Assembly: GCA_965215265.1 (NCBI GenBank)
Contig: OZ244048.1
Span: forward strand, 2,336,001 to 2,400,000
Reading direction: 5' to 3'
Source of the DNA: Candidatus Poribacteria bacterium
Lineage (GTDB): Bacteria; Poribacteria; WGA-4E; WGA-3G
DNA: 64,000 nt
Numbering within the stretch: position 1 is the first letter of the stretch; each line of letters begins with the position of its first letter. The notes under the pieces are model-generated. The model saw only the letters and a list, made by a program, of their open reading frames with translations, made no database searches and was not told where the DNA came from. Shown piece after piece: positions 8,874 through 19,415 of this stretch. The position numbers were made by a program, and so were the translations under genes.

Positions 8874-11318
8874 ATGACAGAAAAGAGGCAGGCCATGTTC
8901 CCTGGCGTTGAAAACGTTTTGGAGTACGATAAAATTAAGCGGTTGTTGAAGAAGTATACCGCTTCTCAGTTAGGCGCAGCGTGCGTGGATGCACTCGCCC
9001 CGTCTGACGAGTTGGACACTGTACGAAAATTGTTGAAACTCTGCAGTGAGACAAAAACCTTCCATCAACTCTACAACGGAATCCCTCTCAAAGGTTTAAA
9101 AGACATCCGCGGTTCACTAACACATGCGGCTAAGTCTGGTTCAATATTAGACGTTGACGAGCTGCTGGATGTTGCGAAAATTGCGCAGATTCCGACAGAT
9201 ATCCACAAAGCATTTTCAAAATGTAATCAATCCGAATTTCCGCATCTATTTTCTATTGTCGGTGCACTACCAAGGTTTCCTGAACTAGCAAAAACAATTT
9301 TGGATTGCATCGGTCTGGATGGTGTGTTGCTTGACCTGGCGAGTCCGGAATTGCGTGCTATCCGCCGAAAGTTGTCACGCCTCCGCGAAAATATCCATCA
9401 AAAGTTAGAGACAACGCTCCGCTCCGCCGAATACCAAAAATCAATTCAAGAATCGGTCATCACTTCCCGAAACAATCGCTATGTTCTGCCCATTAAACAA
9501 GAGGCACGCTCGTCATTTCCAGGCGTGGTGCAAGGACAATCAACAAGCGGTGCGACATTCTTTATTGAACCGCTTGCGATCGTTGAAATGAATAATGCAC
9601 TTCATGAAACAGTCGAGGCGGAACATCGTGAAATTAGACGTATCCTACTCTCCTTGACAGATGAGGTACGCGTACACCTACACGAATTGGAGCTCGCGCT
9701 AATGCTATTAGCGGAGCTGGATTTTTTAACCGCCAAGGCCCGTTTGAGTCTGGCCTTGGACGGTGTTGAACCGAGGTTAAATACCCGTGGGGTAGTGGAG
9801 CTGTTTGCAGCACGTCATCCGATACTGGAATACCATCTGCGTGAAACTGTTGCGCGTGCGGATAACAAAACCGATGCCAACGTCCCGGAACGAATTGTTC
9901 CTACAGATGTTCACATCGGAAAATCGTTTAAAACCCTCGTGATTACAGGTCCGAATACTGGTGGCAAAACCGTCGTGCTCAAAACAGTCGGGCTATTAGC
10001 GCTGATGGCACAATCCGGATTGCATATTCCGGCGGCGGCGGGGAGCCAGCTGGCTATTTTTAAGCAAATTTTCGCTGACATTGGGGATGAACAAGGAATA
10101 GAACAGAATCTAAGCACTTTTTCTTCACACATCACCAAAATCGCTGAGATGTTAAAGCGGTTGCCTGATGATAAGGGGTGCCACTCGCTCGTCCTATTGG
10201 ATGAAATCGGTGCTGGCACAGATCCGAGTGAGGGCACCGCCCTGAGCATGGCACTTCTTGATTGGCTATCGAAAAAACGTGTGAAGACTATCGTCACAAC
10301 GCATTATGGTGCGCTTAAGGCGTATGCACATACGCAAGCGGACATGGAAAACGCCTCCATGGAATTTGATTCGACGACGCTCCGTCCGACGTATCGCTTA
10401 CAAGTAGGTGTTCCGGGTAGTAGCAATGCGATAAAAATAGCGGAACAATTGGGAATTCCGGGCGAGGTGCTAAAAGCAGCACAAAAGCACCTAGGCAATA
10501 ATAGGGTTGCTGTTGAAGATCTGCTGGTGGAATTACAAAAGACAGAACGTGAGTTAGAAACAGAGCGTTTGAACCTTCAGGATAAGATTCGCGTGGCTGA
10601 GGCTGCTGCGCAGAAGCACAAAACAGTTGTTCAAAACTTGGAAACCGAACGCCGTTCGTTAATACAGAGGGCGGAAAACGAGGCACTTGAGACAGTTTCT
10701 GATGCACGTCGCACTGTAGAAACACTCATCGCCGATATCCGCAGAGAAAAAGCCTCGAAAGCGAGCATCCAATCTGCCTTTTCCAAAATTGGAGCCGCTA
10801 AAAAGCAGCTAAGACCTAAAAAATCGCCGAAGAAACCGCAGAATCTGGTTCAGCCGAAAGTCGCAGTCGGTGACAAAGTGCGTGTCAAAAAACTGAATCG
10901 GTTTGGCGAAGTTAACGCCATTGGCCAACACAGCAAGGCTCCACTTCAAATCAGCGTCGGGAATATGCAAATGCAAATCGGCTATGAGGACATTGACTAC
11001 ATTGAGCCGAAAAAAGGGCACGCCAACCTTTCAACGTCCGTTTTAGATATCCAATATAGCAAAGCCGATACAATCCAAACCGAGCTCAATGTGCGTGGCA
11101 TGGTTGTAACGGAAGCGTGGGCTGCTACAGATAAATACCTTGATGATGCCTATCTTTCGGGCTTACCAAGCGTGCGCATTCTGCATGGCAAAGGCACCGG
11201 CGCGTTGCGAAAGGCGATTCATCAGGAATTGGCGGAGCATCCACACGTCACGAAATACCAACTCGCACCACACAGTCAAGGCGGCGAGGGTGTTACAATT
11301 GTCACGTTCAAAGAGTAG
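8874..11318 (+). CDS. mutS2: Endonuclease MutS2
   Basis: ITGPNTGGKT Walker A; QNLSTFSSH; LLDEIGAGTDP; C-terminal Smr domain ILHGKGTGAL. Confidence 0.95.
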   Translation: MTEKRQAMFPGVENVLEYDKIKRLLKKYTASQLGAACVDALAPSDELDTVRKLLKLCSETKTFHQLYNGIPLKGLKDIRGSLTHAAKSGSILDVDELLDVAKIAQIPTDIHKAFSKCNQSEFPHLFSIVGALPRFPELAKTILDCIGLDGVLLDLASPELRAIRRKLSRLRENIHQKLETTLRSAEYQKSIQESVITSRNNRYVLPIKQEARSSFPGVVQGQSTSGATFFIEPLAIVEMNNALHETVEAEHREIRRILLSLTDEVRVHLHELELALMLLAELDFLTAKARLSLALDGVEPRLNTRGVVELFAARHPILEYHLRETVARADNKTDANVPERIVPTDVHIGKSFKTLVITGPNTGGKTVVLKTVGLLALMAQSGLHIPAAAGSQLAIFKQIFADIGDEQGIEQNLSTFSSHITKIAEMLKRLPDDKGCHSLVLLDEIGAGTDPSEGTALSMALLDWLSKKRVKTIVTTHYGALKAYAHTQADMENASMEFDSTTLRPTYRLQVGVPGSSNAIKIAEQLGIPGEVLKAAQKHLGNNRVAVEDLLVELQKTERELETERLNLQDKIRVAEAAAQKHKTVVQNLETERRSLIQRAENEALETVSDARRTVETLIADIRREKASKASIQSAFSKIGAAKKQLRPKKSPKKPQNLVQPKVAVGDKVRVKKLNRFGEVNAIGQHSKAPLQISVGNMQMQIGYEDIDYIEPKKGHANLSTSVLDIQYSKADTIQTELNVRGMVVTEAWAATDKYLDDAYLSGLPSVRILHGKGTGALRKAIHQELAEHPHVTKYQLAPHSQGGEGVTIVTFKE

Positions 11319-11420
11319 TTTCACTTTTTTCTACGGTGTGCTCAGTGGATTTTCCGATAATTCTACAATGGTGTTAATTTACTGAGAAAATACAGTCCAT
11401 TATTCCCGACAGGTACCCAG

Positions 11421-13244
11421 GTGAGGGAAAAGAGCGTGAACCTAACTCGGACAAAAAACCAAATTCCGCGCGAAATCATTGAGGAAATTCAGCACGGGAG
11501 CGATATTGTTGAAGTGATTTCCGAATGCGGTATCCCGCTGCGCCCCGCCGGCCGTAATTACAAAGGGCTCTGTCCGTTCCACGATGAAAAGACACCGTCC
11601 TTTACTGTGTCTGTGGATAAGCAGATTTTTTATTGCTTCGGTTGCCAAACCGGTGGCAATGTTATCTCTTTTGTCCAAAAGCATGAGGGTAAAACCTTTG
11701 TTGAGAGCGTGGAGTGGTTAGCAGGGCGGTTGAATATTTCGCTGCCGAATCAGGATGTGCGTGACAGTGCGAACCGCAAAAGGGTTACGTCACTTGAAGA
11801 GCTCAATAAGTTCGCGATAGCATACTATCACCGCCAGCTTCTCACAGAAAGCGTAAGCGGACATGCACGCCAGTATCTGCATCATCGCGGGGTCCAGCCG
11901 AAAACGGTGCGGTTGTTTCAACTCGGATATGCCAAGTCGATGCACCGTGACTTCGTAAAAGCCGCAACAGACACAGGCTTTACTATCCAGCAATTAGTTG
12001 ATGCAGGGCTAATTAAGGATGATGCCCACGGTCCCCAAGACCGGTTTTGGAATCGACTCCTTTTTCCTATTCATAATGAACGTGGTGTACCCGTCGGTTT
12101 CGGTGCCCGTGCACTCACTGAAGAGCAGCAGCCAAAATACTTGAATTCGCCTGAGACAATTCTGTATAATAAAAGCAATGTTCTTTATAATCTGGACAAA
12201 GCACGGCAAGCCATCTATAAAAAACAGGCTGCGCTTCTGGTTGAAGGGTATATGGATGCGTTGATGCTCTACCAACATGGCGTTGAGAACGTCGTAGCCT
12301 CTTCAGGTACCGCACTCAGTGAAAACCAGGCAAATTTGCTAAAAAGGTTCACATCCGAGGCTATCATAGTTTATGACGGGGATGCTTCTGGTTTCCAAGC
12401 AGCACAGCGCGGTTTACAGCGTTTATTGGGGGCCGGCTTACAAGTTCGCATAGCACTACTGCCAGAAAAAGAAGATCCGGATTCCTTTGTGCGGAAGCAC
12501 GGCAATCATGCATTTACACAACTCCTAGACAAAGCGGTGAACCTGATTGAATTTCAGATTCAAACCGCTATCCAACAGCGGAACATTCAACAAATTGATG
12601 TGAAAATGCAAATTGTCAAAGAAATTAGTACCATATTGCTGAATCTTCAAAACCGTGTAGAACGACGTGAGTACATTAAATATGCAGTGCGCGAGCTGGA
12701 TGTTGATGCAGCGCTACTTTGGCACGAGCTGCGTGAGTTAGGACTCAAAGAAGCCCCTGCCCCCTATCGCACTAAAGCGAAGCAACCCAAGGAAAAATTA
12801 TCAACGAGACAGCAAATTGAGGCACAACTGATTGAAGTACTCATCCAAAACCCGGAGCTGCTGCCAGAGATTAAATCGCAATTTCACTATAACGATTTGA
12901 CAGAACCACACTTCGCACAAATTGCGCAATTGCTGTGGCAGAGAAGTACGGAAAACGAAACATTTGATATTCAAAACCTCCTCAACGAGTGTCCTGCTGA
13001 AGAGTTAAGAGCGCTAATTTCAAACGTACTCGTCTCCAAAACGCCGCCGCCTAACCCACGGGCAAGAGCAGAAGGATGCCTCAAAAAACTAAGACATTTT
13101 CTCTTAAAAGATATTGAACAGCGTGTCCGTTCAAACGCACTTGCTGAGGGGGCAGATGAACTTGAAACGCTTAAGGAACTTGTTGAACTCTCTAATCAGA
13201 GACGTGCCTTGACAGAGCAACCGCTTCATAAATCAGAGTTGTAA
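11421..13244 (+). CDS. dnaG: DNA primase
   Basis: CPFHDEKTPSF...CFGC zinc finger; KYLNSPET; EGYMD and YDGD TOPRIM motifs. Confidence 0.97.
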   Translation: MREKSVNLTRTKNQIPREIIEEIQHGSDIVEVISECGIPLRPAGRNYKGLCPFHDEKTPSFTVSVDKQIFYCFGCQTGGNVISFVQKHEGKTFVESVEWLAGRLNISLPNQDVRDSANRKRVTSLEELNKFAIAYYHRQLLTESVSGHARQYLHHRGVQPKTVRLFQLGYAKSMHRDFVKAATDTGFTIQQLVDAGLIKDDAHGPQDRFWNRLLFPIHNERGVPVGFGARALTEEQQPKYLNSPETILYNKSNVLYNLDKARQAIYKKQAALLVEGYMDALMLYQHGVENVVASSGTALSENQANLLKRFTSEAIIVYDGDASGFQAAQRGLQRLLGAGLQVRIALLPEKEDPDSFVRKHGNHAFTQLLDKAVNLIEFQIQTAIQQRNIQQIDVKMQIVKEISTILLNLQNRVERREYIKYAVRELDVDAALLWHELRELGLKEAPAPYRTKAKQPKEKLSTRQQIEAQLIEVLIQNPELLPEIKSQFHYNDLTEPHFAQIAQLLWQRSTENETFDIQNLLNECPAEELRALISNVLVSKTPPPNPRARAEGCLKKLRHFLLKDIEQRVRSNALAEGADELETLKELVELSNQRRALTEQPLHKSEL

Positions 13245-13312
13245 AAAATTTAAATTACCCAATCAGAACGTAATTAAATTTTTTAATTTTCAGAAAAAGG
13301 AGTTAATTGACG

Positions 13313-14860
13313 ATGGATTTCAGAGACCACCTTCCTCTCGAGTTTCTTGAAACCGACGGTACGGATGAAATGGAATATGAGGAGGACATAGATCTGTCCC
13401 TACAGTATCCCAGTTATACCGACGACCCGGTAAAAGTGTATATGCGCGAAATGGGTAAATTTCCGTTGCTCGATAAAACACAGGAGGTCGAACTGGCTAA
13501 AAAGATTGAGGTTGGCTACCGGACTGCCCAGAAAGCCACCTTCGGCACACGTATCGCTATTACTGAGATTCGGAAACTCCTTTATAAAATCTCGACCGTC
13601 AAAAAGCGCGCATCAGATATTATAGATATGTCGGTCTCGAGTACCTCGACGCAGAACAAGGAGCGGAAGCTGCGTGACCAGGTTAAGAAAGCGTTAAACA
13701 CGATAGAAAAACTAGAGGCTGAACGGATTACGAAACTGCTTACGGCTCCTGCTGGCAAGGGTACAGGTTCTTCTAAAACATCGAAAATCAAGTGGAATGG
13801 ATCCAAGAAGTTAATCACGACAATAGAGAAGCTGAAAATAGATCGCGAAGAGATTAGCAAAATCTCCGATATTGTTAAACAGGCTGAGCACAAGATTAGC
13901 CATTGGGAACAGGAAATCTGCCGCCTTATGCGGTTGCATGAGATACCGGAGACGATGCTTGCACAGCCGCCGCCTGCAGATTTTCACTTCAAAACGGAGA
14001 AAGCCAAACACGCTTATATAGAGGCGATTCGTCTCCGACGCTATATTCAGCAACACATGAAGGAAATCGGTGTCTCACGCAGCGAGCTCAAACGTCTGAC
14101 GCAGCAGATTGATAAGGGGGAGACGGACGCGCAAGATGCGAAAATGGCGATAGTTGAATCGAATCTCCGGCTTGTTGTCAGTATCGCAAAAAAATATAGG
14201 CACCGCGCCTCCGGCCTTGAATTCCTTGACTTGATTCAAGAAGGTAACATCGGTTTGATGCGTGCCGTGGACAAATTTGACTACCAACGCGGCTATAAGT
14301 TTAGCACTTATGCAACTTGGTGGATTCGACAAGGTATCACACGGGCTATTGCAGACCAAGGGCGTACTATCCGACTGCCTGTCCATATGCACGAACGAAT
14401 TAACAAAATCCGACGAGTCCAACGTTCACTCATACAAGAATTAGGGTGTGAACCAACTATTGAGCAGATCGCCGCGGATATCGACATTCCACTCAGTAAA
14501 GTCAATGAAGCACTCGGTGTGGCTCCCGAGGCAGTCTCTTTAGAGGCACCGATCGGGGAGGACGATGACAATTCACTAGGCGAATTCATTGAGGATACAA
14601 CGCTCAATTCACCGGTCCGAGACACCGAATTGAGCATGCTTAAAGAACAGATCCAAGAAGTGCTTTCTGACTTGACCGACCGTGAGCGGACGGTCATCGT
14701 TCTACGTTTCGGCATTGAAGGTGGCTATCCGAAAACGCTTGAAGAAGTCGGCCGTATGTTTAATGTTACGCGCGAACGCATCCGGCAAATAGAAGCGAAA
14801 GCACTCCGCAAACTACGCCATCCGAGACGTAGCAGGAAATTGCGGGACTTTATTAATTAA
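13313..14860 (+). CDS. rpoD: Primary RNA polymerase sigma factor
   Basis: [12 protein letters not shown]; [12 protein letters not shown]; [12 protein letters not shown]; [19 protein letters not shown]; follows dnaG. Confidence 0.96.
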   Translation: MDFRDHLPLEFLETDGTDEMEYEEDIDLSLQYPSYTDDPVKVYMREMGKFPLLDKTQEVELAKKIEVGYRTAQKATFGTRIAITEIRKLLYKISTVKKRASDIIDMSVSSTSTQNKERKLRDQVKKALNTIEKLEAERITKLLTAPAGKGTGSSKTSKIKWNGSKKLITTIEKLKIDREEISKISDIVKQAEHKISHWEQEICRLMRLHEIPETMLAQPPPADFHFKTEKAKHAYIEAIRLRRYIQQHMKEIGVSRSELKRLTQQIDKGETDAQDAKMAIVESNLRLVVSIAKKYRHRASGLEFLDLIQEGNIGLMRAVDKFDYQRGYKFSTYATWWIRQGITRAIADQGRTIRLPVHMHERINKIRRVQRSLIQELGCEPTIEQIAADIDIPLSKVNEALGVAPEAVSLEAPIGEDDDNSLGEFIEDTTLNSPVRDTELSMLKEQIQEVLSDLTDRERTVIVLRFGIEGGYPKTLEEVGRMFNVTRERIRQIEAKALRKLRHPRRSRKLRDFIN

Positions 14861-14972
14861 CTAATATACCTCCTTTCATAAATGCTTATATAACGGAATA
14901 CCCGTGATTTGGATTGATAAAAATTTGCTTTTTCCTTAAAAATAGCGTATAATTCTGCATAGTAAACGATAA

Positions 14973-15045
14973 GGGCCCATAGCTCAGTGGTCAGAGCCGC
15001 CGGCTCATAACCGGCTGGTCCTAGGTTCGAGTCCTAGTGGGCCCA
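14973..15045 (+). tRNA. tRNA-Ile2(CAT, lysidine type; elongator Met not excluded)
   Basis: GGGCCCA acceptor stem; anticodon loop CTCATAA; lies downstream of rpoD like ileX; promoter TTGCTT-17-TATAAT at 14925-14953. Confidence 0.85.
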
Positions 15046-15137
15046 TCTCTTTAAGGGTAAATCGCGCAATAAGCTCACGTGAGATGTGACAAGGATTCCC
15101 TAAAAACAGTCCTGACTACTTAAATGCATGAAAAAAT

Positions 15138-15210
15138 GGGGCGTTAGCTCAGGGGTACGAGCGCTACCTTCACACGGTAGAAGTCACTGGTTCAAATCCA
15201 GTACGCCCCA
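15138..15210 (+). tRNA. tRNA-Val(CAC)
   Basis: GGGGCGT/ACGCCCC acceptor stem; CTACC-TTCACAC-GGTAG anticodon arm. Confidence 0.9.
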
Positions 15211-15321
15211 TCATTTTAACCAAGTTAACCAAGTTAACCAAGGTGCCAGCCGTGAAATTCTAAAAATTATTATGACAGCCTCTGCTGCTACCGTGGTATA
15301 AGAATTTATCAGGAGAAAGAG

Positions 15322-16428
15322 ATGGCTCAGGAAGCAGGACTGACACCGGCGTGTTCTAGGAGATCTGCCATATCAGCCGAATTTGTGCAGGCAGGTATCC
15401 GTGCAATTGATTGCGATATTCACAACGAAGTGCCCTCGTTACAAACGCTCTTTCGGTATATGTCTGATTTCTGGTGCGACTACTGTAGTAATTCTGGATT
15501 CCGGGGGCCCGATGCAAACGATTATCCACGTGGTGCACCAATAACAACACATCCGGATGCGACACCGCCCTGGGAAATCGATTTGCCCCATATCCGTGAA
15601 CGTTTACTTGACGGCTGGAATCTTGAGTACGGTATCCTGAATTGCGCGTATCGAGTCCAGAGCGTCCATAACCCGGATCTGGCGGCGGCGATTGCTCAAG
15701 CGATAAACGATTGGCAAATAGAGTCATGGTTAGACCCGGAGCCGAGGCTCCGGGCATCCGTTGTTATCCCGAGCCAGATTCCGGACCTCGCTGCGAGGGA
15801 AATTGAACGGGTAGGCGAACATCCGGGGTTTGTGCAAGTGATAATGCCGGTTCGTTCACGGACCCCGTACGGCAACCGCCTGTACCACCCAATTTATGAA
15901 GCCGCTGTCCGGCATCAGCTTGCGGTCGGTATTCATTACGGGGGTGCCCCCGGCAACCAGCCCTCACCGACAGGATGGCCCTCAACTTATCTGGAAGAAT
16001 ATGCCGGAATGACGCAGGTATTCCAAGCACAAGTTATCAGTCTCGTCGCAGAGGGAATTTTCGACCAGTTTCCGGAGCTCCGTGTTGTCATGATTGAAAG
16101 CGGTTTTACGTGGCTGCCAGCTGTGATGTGGCGTATTGATAAAGAATGGCGTGGACTCCGAAACAACACCCCATGGCTTAGGCGCCCGCCTTCGCACTAT
16201 ATGCGCGAACATATTCGGTTTACTTTACAACCTATTGATTCACCACCCAATCCGAAACAACTCCTGCAGATAATTGGGCAGCTGGAATCCGAAGAGATGC
16301 TGATGTTTTCAACAGATTATCCGCATTGGCAGTTTGATACACCGAATGATGCACTCCCCTCAGAATTGCCCGGGCAGCTCGCCCGTAAAATTCTGAGTGA
16401 AAATGCACGCGCGTTCTACCAACTCTGA
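15322..16428 (+). CDS. Amidohydrolase-2 family protein (possible dinuclear oxygenase subunit)
   Basis: IDCDIH; GIHYG; MIESG; FSTDYPHW. Confidence 0.85.
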   Translation: MAQEAGLTPACSRRSAISAEFVQAGIRAIDCDIHNEVPSLQTLFRYMSDFWCDYCSNSGFRGPDANDYPRGAPITTHPDATPPWEIDLPHIRERLLDGWNLEYGILNCAYRVQSVHNPDLAAAIAQAINDWQIESWLDPEPRLRASVVIPSQIPDLAAREIERVGEHPGFVQVIMPVRSRTPYGNRLYHPIYEAAVRHQLAVGIHYGGAPGNQPSPTGWPSTYLEEYAGMTQVFQAQVISLVAEGIFDQFPELRVVMIESGFTWLPAVMWRIDKEWRGLRNNTPWLRRPPSHYMREHIRFTLQPIDSPPNPKQLLQIIGQLESEEMLMFSTDYPHWQFDTPNDALPSELPGQLARKILSENARAFYQL

Positions 16429-16445
16429 ATCGGAGGCAAAATAGT

Positions 16446-17555
16446 ATGGAAAACACTTCAAACTTAGAACGCACCCTGAATTCTGACAAGCAAGTATTGA
16501 AACATGAGAGTTCTATCATCGATTGCGACATCCACAATTCTGTGCCACCTGGCGGATTGTCGCCGTATCTATCGAAGAAATGGCAAGAGCATCACGCGCA
16601 ATTTGGACTCCGCGGCCGTATTGGCGGTTACTATCCCCGCGCACTCTTAAACGCCGCACGACACGACGCATGGCCGCCCTCCGGACTTTCACCCGGGGCT
16701 GACTTGGAGTTCATGCAGGAACAACTGCTAGATGCCTGGCAGATTGAATACGGCGTGCTTAATCCTTTAATACCTGTCGGCGAACAGTTGAACTTAGCAT
16801 ACGGGGCTGCGCTCGCACAGGCAGTTAACGAATGGCAAATTGCCTCCTGGGTCGAGCCGGAGCAGCGTTTGCGTGCCTCTATTGTTGTTACGTATGAAGA
16901 TGGGGAATTAGCAGCCGAAGAAATCCATCGCTGCGGGCCACATCCGGGGTTCGTCCAAATTTTGCTCATTGCGCGTACGAAAGACCCGCTCGGAAACCGA
17001 AAATATTGGAAAATCTACGAGGCGGCGGTTGAGTACGACCTCCCCATAGGTATACACTTTGGGGGCATCGCTGGACCGATCACGGGTACAGGCTGGCCGT
17101 CATATTACATTGAGGACCACGGTGGAATGCCGCAAGCCTTTCACACGCAGGTCAGCAGTTATGTATGCGAAGGCGTTTTTGACCGGTTCCCAACGCTCAA
17201 AATTGTACTGATTGAGGGTGGATTCGCTTGGCTCCCGCCTCTAATGTGGCGACTTGACGCAACGTGGACGAAACTCCAAAGCGAGATCCCAGAACTCCGC
17301 CGTAAACCATCCGAATACATCCGAGACCACTTCTGGCTCAGCACACAACCCATGGAAGAACCACCGAAACGCGAGTATTTTGAACAGTTGCTCGAACAGA
17401 TGGACATGAATGATAAACTCATGTTCGCGACAGATTATCCTCATTGGGATTTCGACGCACCTGACCGGGCACTGCCGAATTTCCTAAAACCGGAATTGCG
17501 ACGGCGGATTCTAGCGGATAATGCCCGCACACTCTATCAATTTGAGAAAAATTAA
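16446..17555 (+). CDS. Amidohydrolase-2 family protein (paralog)
   Basis: IDCDIH; GIHFG; YYIEDH; LIEGG; FATDYPHWDFD. Confidence 0.85.
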   Translation: MENTSNLERTLNSDKQVLKHESSIIDCDIHNSVPPGGLSPYLSKKWQEHHAQFGLRGRIGGYYPRALLNAARHDAWPPSGLSPGADLEFMQEQLLDAWQIEYGVLNPLIPVGEQLNLAYGAALAQAVNEWQIASWVEPEQRLRASIVVTYEDGELAAEEIHRCGPHPGFVQILLIARTKDPLGNRKYWKIYEAAVEYDLPIGIHFGGIAGPITGTGWPSYYIEDHGGMPQAFHTQVSSYVCEGVFDRFPTLKIVLIEGGFAWLPPLMWRLDATWTKLQSEIPELRRKPSEYIRDHFWLSTQPMEEPPKREYFEQLLEQMDMNDKLMFATDYPHWDFDAPDRALPNFLKPELRRRILADNARTLYQFEKN

Positions 17556-17624
17556 GAACATAAGAGATTTTCAACGCAGTGCTATTGCCTCAGAAACTAG
17601 ACGATGCTGAAACAGACAAAAAAA

Positions 17625-18062
17625 ATGGCTAAGTACGTAGTTGCAACTCCAGACGAAATCCCGCCCGGTGAACGTAAAATTGTTGATATCGGGGGGCGTT
17701 CCATCGGCATTTTTAATATTGACGGCGAATACTTCGCCATCCGGAACAGCTGTCCACACCAAGGTGGCCCGCTGTGTAAGGGGCACGTCACCGGCTTCTT
17801 AGAATCCCCTGCACCCGGAACCTATAACTATATCCGCAAGGGCGAATTTCTACGCTGCCCGTGGCACAATTGGGAATTTGACATCAAAACCGGACAGTCG
17901 TGGTGGAACCCCACACAGCGACGCGTCCGAAAATACGATGTCCATGTAGAGAGCGGAGAACAGATTGAGGCTGCCACGTCCGAACCAGAAAAAGGACCTT
18001 ACCGGGCAGATACGTTTCCTGTCACCGTTGAACAGCAGTACCTCGTCATTGAAATTGGGTAA
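17625..18062 (+). CDS. Rieske 2Fe-2S ferredoxin
   Basis: CPHQG...CPWH ligand motifs. Confidence 0.92.
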   Translation: MAKYVVATPDEIPPGERKIVDIGGRSIGIFNIDGEYFAIRNSCPHQGGPLCKGHVTGFLESPAPGTYNYIRKGEFLRCPWHNWEFDIKTGQSWWNPTQRRVRKYDVHVESGEQIEAATSEPEKGPYRADTFPVTVEQQYLVIEIG

Positions 18063-18073
18063 TCTCAAGCGTT

Positions 18074-18349
18074 TTTTGTCGTATAATTCATGTTAATCGG
18101 AATCAGGACGAGAATCTTCCGAAGGTGACGAAAAAAAAGTGCGAAAATGGCTTGACTATTAATCCGAATTTGTGCTAAAATCGGTAATAACAGTGGAAAA
18201 CTTGCTTTCTCTCAATTTTTTTTGCAAAAAAAGGTTGACAATTTTGTAATTTTGTCGTATAATTCATGTTAAAAGGTTGACAACTTTGTAATTTTGTCGT
18301 ATAATTCATGTTAATCGGAATCAGGACGAGAATCTTCCGAAGGTGACGA
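18074..18349 (+). repeat. ~58-bp direct repeat (18074-18131 and 18292-18349) plus a 42-bp tandem duplication (18229-18312)
   Basis: TTTTGTCGTATAATTCATGTTAATCGGAATCAGGACGAGAATCTTCCGAAGGTGACGA occurs twice; AAAAGGTTGACAA(T/C)TTTGTAATTTTGTCGTATAATTCATGTT occurs in tandem. Confidence 0.9.
18235..18305 (+). promoter_or_regulatory. Two tandem perfect sigma70 promoters
   Basis: TTGACA-17-TATAAT at 18235-18263 and again at 18277-18305. Confidence 0.85.
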
Positions 18350-18351
18350 CC

Positions 18352-18555
18352 ATGAAAATCACGCACGCAGAGCTGCACATCAACAGAGCGATCGGTTTCT
18401 CCGTGATACAACGCGGCGGCACCCCAAACGGGGCTGCGTCCTGCTTCGCTGCTAAGGCAGCGTCGCGATATGGTGATTACGGCTACTTCACATCTGTTCA
18501 CTATACTCCGATTACCCCCCCCCTTCAAATTTTCTATTTTGTAACAAATCGTTAA
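18352..18555 (+). CDS. Putative short leader ORF (67 aa) containing a C9 tract
   Basis: GAAGGTGA SD-like sequence then ATG AAA ATC directly downstream of the doubled promoter; no recognisable domain. Confidence 0.35.
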   Translation: MKITHAELHINRAIGFSVIQRGGTPNGAASCFAAKAASRYGDYGYFTSVHYTPITPPLQIFYFVTNR

Positions 18556-18923
18556 ATATAGAACTTGACAGTGTCGGCACTTACTGTCGGCCTGTCTCTG
18601 TTGTGCCTGCACGTGCTCTCTCTCGTATGATGGGGCTCGCTGTGGGCTCTTTCTGTTGTCATGACTGTAATATGCGGACTCAATTTGATCTACTCAGAGA
18701 TCAAATTGGATATTGTCCGCTGCATGTTTTCCTGCCAACGCCACGGTTGCAACTGTTTCCATCGTTACCGTTTGATGAAAAATACGACAGCACCCGCACG
18801 TTGGCAGCTGTTTTTAACTGGAGTCGGCGTAATCTCTTTAACATATGCAGAGGATTATGCTGAAATATTCTGTCTGATTCTGAATTAGACAGTAGGCTAG
18901 TGACAAACTAAAAGGAGTTTACC

Positions 18924-19250
18924 ATGCTAACTTGCAGATTAGTCCGAATCGTATGCCATAAGCAAGAGGATTGGACCGGCGACGATTCTCCGTACATCAA
19001 GATTAACGGCGAGATCGTCTGGGGTCCGAAAGATATGGATGCCGGACAAACACGCGAAATTCACCGTGGTTACCAATTCCTTCACCGGGCTAAGGTAGTC
19101 CTATATGAGGACGATGCCTGGGATGAGGATGATTTCCTTGGTGAACACGTTCTTACACGAGCAGATGTAGGCACAGGGCTCCAGGAGTTGGCGTTCAGAG
19201 AAGATGACGCTAATTATTCAATATGGGTAGAGGTGCTCTCTAATCGGTAA
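18924..19250 (+). CDS. Small acidic hypothetical protein (C2-domain-like)
   Basis: SD AAGGAG; DSPYIKING...LYEDDAWDEDDFLG resembles C2-domain calcium loops (inference). Confidence 0.65.
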   Translation: MLTCRLVRIVCHKQEDWTGDDSPYIKINGEIVWGPKDMDAGQTREIHRGYQFLHRAKVVLYEDDAWDEDDFLGEHVLTRADVGTGLQELAFREDDANYSIWVEVLSNR

Positions 19251-19415
19251 AAACGTCTCCATTCTCCGTTGCGGTGGGTGTGCCGAAGAGATTGGCAAAT
19301 GCCCACCGCAACTAACATCTCTGAAGTATACGTGGGCGGGGGGACACACTCTCTCGCCTCTACACAAAGTAGGGAACCCATGCCGTGGGTTCCCGCATCA
19401 AAAAGGAGGATTCCG

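Noticed and set aside
15216-15242. TTAACCAAG x3 after tRNA-Val as an attachment site
   Set aside because: No second copy of the tRNA 3' end and no integrase in the window; treated as a simple microrepeat.
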